A stretch of DNA of 64,000 bases. Source: the human T2T-CHM13v2.0 reference genome, Homo sapiens. Positions 56,952-64,000 of the stretch are shown here, in pieces. Under the pieces are notes generated by a model. It did no database searches. It worked only from the letters and a program-made list of their open reading frames with translations, and was not told the DNA's origin. The position numbers and the translations under genes were made by a program. The stretch's first letter is position 1. Every line of letters begins with the position of its first letter. The DNA lies in assembly GCF_009914755.1 (NCBI RefSeq), contig NC_060926.1. One strand, given 5' to 3'.

Positions 56952-57449
56952 AGAAGACAGTTTCAGAAAGGTTATATCTTTCATAAATTTTACCTGAGAT
57001 TATTCAGTTTGAAAATGGAAAAACTAAAATTCAACCTAGATTTTAATGACTGCAAAGTCCATAGCCTTAATGTTTATGCTATTCTACCTCATAGCACTAC
57101 ATTTTCTAACATTCTTCCTTTTTGAATCAGAAAGGTGACACTATAATCAACATAAAAAGAAATAGTAAGTTTCCCCTACAACTAGAATACAAAGTTTATT
57201 TATAATAGTAAAAATAAGCCAGGAAGAAAAAAATTAATATGATGCAACAATACATATGATCTGTATAGAATAAATGAAATTAAAATATACTTAAATGATT
57301 AATAAGTCATTTGATGAAATGGCACAGTCTCTGAAATGTCAAAAGGGATATCTGAAGATATTTAATAAAACTCTGAAAGTTTAGGATAATCAGTCTTCAG
57401 TATAATTCTATGTATTGGAGGGGGAAAATCTCTATAGAATACTAAAGTA

Positions 57450-57650
57450 ATTGCTAGTATTTTTTATATGTGTCAGACACTGTAATAAGTGCTTTGCATT
57501 TATTAACATATTTAGGCCTTCCAACAATTCCCACAGAATTCCAATTTTACAGATGAGAGAATTGAGCCATATAAAATTACAAATATCGAATTTGCACAAA
57601 TTAATATGGAACCAGTATTTGAACACAGTTGAGATTTAGTCAGAATTGGG
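57450..57650 (-). mobile_element. MIR SINE
   Basis: ccaattttacagatgagagaattgag core. Confidence 0.7.
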
Positions 57651-58030
57651 ATTAAGATTTTTACTTTGTACTTCCAGCTAGTTATGGTCTCACCTAGTAA
57701 TGTATGACATTCATAGGCAGTGAAAAGAGTTCTTATTTTAAGATATGAAAAATCTGAAAGACAGCCAGTAATAACTGATGTCGCTTTTCTAAACCTATCT
57801 AGACTCAATATAACTAATGCCTTCCATTCACTGCCTATAATGTAGGTCCCTTAGAAAAAAGCTACTCTTCATCTGGAATTATAGGAAGAATATGACTGCT
57901 ATGGCTACTGGCCATGTTCTATACCAACAAGTTGCAGTATGTGATATACATGAAAAATGCATAAAAGATTGTATTAATTTGTATTAATACATGGTGTTCC
58001 AGACATTAGACAGCTATGACTAAGGAGCTA

Positions 58031-58346
<316 letters not shown>

Positions 58347-58729
58347 GTACATCAATATTAACTAAGATTATTCTCCTTTTAATTTTCTGATATGTGTAAG
58401 ATTTCTTTTTGCTTTACCGTATATACATATATAAGAAAAAATAATAAATGTTCCAGTATTTACTCTAAAAGATAAAGACTATTTTTAACATAACTACAAT
58501 ATTATTCTTATACCTAAAAATTAACAATAAATCCTTAATATCAAATATTCTGTAAGTGTTCAAATTTCAATTGCCCCATAAAGGTCATTATCTTTTTATA
58601 CTTTGTTTTGAAGTAATTTCGAAATAAGGTTTACATTGTTCTCGGATGACATTTTAAGACATTTTAATCTCTAGATTCCTCCTCCAACTGTCCTTTCTCT
58701 TGGAATTTATTTATTTTCTCTTTAAAGTT

Positions 58730-59985
<1,256 letters not shown>

Positions 59986-60468
59986 TCAATTTTTATTTTG
60001 GATACAGAGAGTACCTGTGCAAGTTTGTTACATGTGTATATTGCACCTAGGTAGTGACCACAATACCCACCCAACAGGTAGTTTTTCAACCACGGTCCCC
60101 TCTCGACCTCCCCATTCTAGTAATCCACAATATCTGTTGTTCCCATGTTTATGTTCATGTGTGTTCAACGTTTAGCTCCCACTTAATAAGTCAGAACGTG
60201 TGGTATTTGATTTTATGTTCCTGCGTTAATTTACCTAGGATTATGGCCTCTAGCTCCATCCATGTTGCTGCAAAAGACATGATTTCCCTCCTTCCTGTGG
60301 CTGCATAGTACTCCATGATCTATATGTACAATATTTTCTTTATCCAAATCCACCATTTGTGGGCACCTAGGTTGATTCTGTAGATTTGCTATTGTGAATA
60401 GCATGGTAATGATAATATCAGTGCATCAGTGCATTTGTCTTTTTAGTATAATGGTCGCTTTTCTTTGA

Positions 60469-60816
<348 letters not shown>

Positions 60817-62110
60817 AGTAGTTCTGTTTTAAGTTCTTTGAGAACTCTCCAAACTGCTTTCCAGTGACTGAACTAGTTTACATTCCCATTAACAGTGTAT
60901 AAACATTCCCTTTTCTCTGCAACTTTACCAGCCTTTGTTGCTTTTTGACTTTTTAATAATAACCAGTCTGACAGGTGTGAGATGGCATCTCACTGTGGTT
61001 TTGATTTGCATTTATCTGATGATTAGTGATCATGAGCATTTTTTCATATGTTTGTTGTCTGCTTTATTATTTTCAGAAATATCTGTTCATCTCCTATTGC
61101 CCATTTTCTAATGGGGTTACTTGTTTTTGTTTGTTGATTTGTTTAAGTTCTTTATAGATTCTGGATAATAGACTTTTGTCAGATGCAAAGTTTGCAAATA
61201 TTTTCTCCCATTCTGAGGTTCTCTGTTTACTCTGCTGATAGTTTATTTTGCTGTGCAGAAGCTGTTCGGTTTAATTGGGTCCCCCTTGTCAATTTTTTGT
61301 TGTTGTTGTTGCAATTTCTTTGGGGAACTTAGCCAAAAATTATTTGCCAAGGTCAATGCCCAGAATGGAATTTCTTAGGTTTCCTTCTAGAATTTTTATA
61401 GTTTGAGATGTTACATTTAAATCTTTAATCCATCTTGAGTAAATTTTTGTGAAAGGTAAGGGTCTAGTTTCATTCTTCTGCATATGGGTAACCAATTATC
61501 CCAGCACCATTTATTGAATAGGGAGTCACTTTGCATTGCTTGTTTTTGTTGGCTTTTTCAAAGATCAAATGGTTCTAGGTGTGTGGCTTTATTTCTGAAT
61601 TTTCTATTCTGTTCCTTTGCTCTATCTGTCTGTTTTTTATACAAGTACCATGCTGCTTTGGTTGCTGTAATATTATAGTCTAGTTTGAAGTTGGGTAATG
61701 TGATGCCTCTGGCTATCTCCTATTTGCTTAGGAATCCTTTGGCTATTCAGGCTGTTTTTTGGTTCCATATGAATTTTAGAATCATCTTTTCTAATTCTGT
61801 GAATAATAAATTTGGCAGTTTGACAGGAATAGCATTGAAATTGTAAATTATAATACTTTGGGCAGTCTGGCCATTTTAATAATATTGATTCTTCCAATCC
61901 ATGAGCATGGAAAGTTTTTCCATTTGTCTGTGTTATCTCTGATTTCTTTCAGCAGTGTTTTGTAGTTCTCCTTGTAGAGATCTTTCACCTCCTTGGTTAG
62001 CTGTTTTCCTAGGTATTTCATTTTCTTTGTGGCTATTGTAAATGGCATTGTGTTATTGATTTGACTCTCAGCTTGGATATTATTGGTGTATAGAAATACT
62101 AGTGATTTTT

Positions 62111-62600
<490 letters not shown>

Positions 62601-64000
62601 TTAGATGTCTTTTATTTCTTTCTCTTTCCTCATTGTTCTGGCTAGAATTTCCAATACTTTGTTGAAATGAGTGATGGGAGTGGGCATTTTTGTCTCATCC
62701 TGGTTCTCAAGAGGAATGTTTTCATTTCAGCTTTTGCGTGTTCAGTGTGATGTCGGTCGTGGGTTTCTCAAGGACGGCTCTTATTATTTTGAGGTGTGTT
62801 CCTTCAATGTCTAGTCTCTTGAGGGTTTTTATCATGAAGGGATGTTGCATTTTATCAAAAGCTTTTTCTCCATCTATTGGGATGATAATATGGTTTTTGC
62901 TTTTGATTCTCTTTATGTGGTGAACCAATTTATTGATTTATGTATGTTAAACCAACTTTGCAACCCAGGAATAAAGCCTACTGGATCGTGGTGAATTAAC
63001 TTTTTTATGTGCTGCTGGATTTGATTAGCTAGTATTTTGTTTAGAAGTTTTGTGTCTATGTTCATCAGGAATATTGACCTGAGCTTGTTTTCTTCATTGT
63101 GTCTCTGCTAGATTTCTGTATTAGATGCTGGCTTCATAGAATGAGTTAGAGAGGAGTCGCTCCTCCTCATTTTTTTTTTTTTAGAATAATTTCAGTAGGA
63201 TTGGTATCAGTTGCTACTTATACACCTGGTAGAATTCAGCTGTGAATCCATCTTGTCCAGGGCTTTTTTTGGTTGGTAGAATTTTTATTACTGATTCAGT
63301 TTTAGGGCCAAATATTGGTCCATTTAGGGTTTCAATCTCTTCCTAATTCAATCTTGGGAGATTGTATGTTTCCAGCAATTTATCCATTTCTTCTAGGTAT
63401 TCTAATTTGTATGCATAAAGTTGTTCCAAGTAATCTCTGGGGACCTTTTGTATTTCTGTGGAATAGGTTGTAATGTTATCTTTGTCATTTTTGGTTGTAC
63501 TTTTTTGGATTTTCTATCTTCTTCTTTGTTAATCTAGCTAGTGGTCTATCAATCTTGTTTATTTTTTTGAATACCCAATTCTGGGTTTCATTGATCTTTT
63601 GTATGGATTTTCACATCTTAATTTCATTAAGTTCTCTAATTTTAGTTATGTTTTTCTCCTCTGCTAGATTTGAAGTTGGTGTGCTCTTTTTTTCTAGTTC
63701 CTTTAGGTACAAAGTTAGGTTGTTAATTTGAGATCTTTCTAATATCTTGAAGGCATTTAGGGCTACAAACTTTCCTCTTAACACTGCCTTAGGTGCATTC
63801 CAGAGATTTTGGTAAGTTGTGTCACTATTTTCACTAATTTCAGATAATTTTTTGATTTGTGCCTTAACTTCAGTGTTCCTCCCAAAGTTATCCAGGAGTA
63901 AGTCATTTAATTTGCATGTATTTGTGTTGTTTTGAGAGCTCTTGTTGATATTGATTTCTATATTTATTGCACTGTGGTCTGAGAGTATTCTTGCTAAGAT

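Overview
AT-rich primate (most likely human) genomic DNA, intronic or intergenic, with roughly half or more made of transposable elements. These include two near-full-length decayed LINE-1s (7.3-13.9 kb +, 40.7-46.8 kb -), an internally deleted L1PB, more L1 fragments, about 15 Alus, L2/MIR relics, several solo LTRs and DNA-transposon relics (MER5A, MADE1). The longer ORFs in the supplied track are L1, Alu or low-complexity artefacts. There is no CpG island, RNA gene or gene I can name. The unique sequence holds short candidate exons on both strands. One frame-consistent + strand chain (27.8-34.1 kb) lies just downstream of two RFX X-boxes, and a - strand chain (6.5 kb to the window start) encodes a signal-peptide-like N-terminus. 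These are hypotheses only. The best-supported unusual features are mutational and retrotransposition scars: an L1 3' transduction, a twin-primed mini-L1, a 33-bp L1 insertion, two short templated insertions, a perfect 137-bp tandem duplication, and a p53-like element in an LTR10. Repeat subfamily names come from recalled consensus motifs, not a database search.
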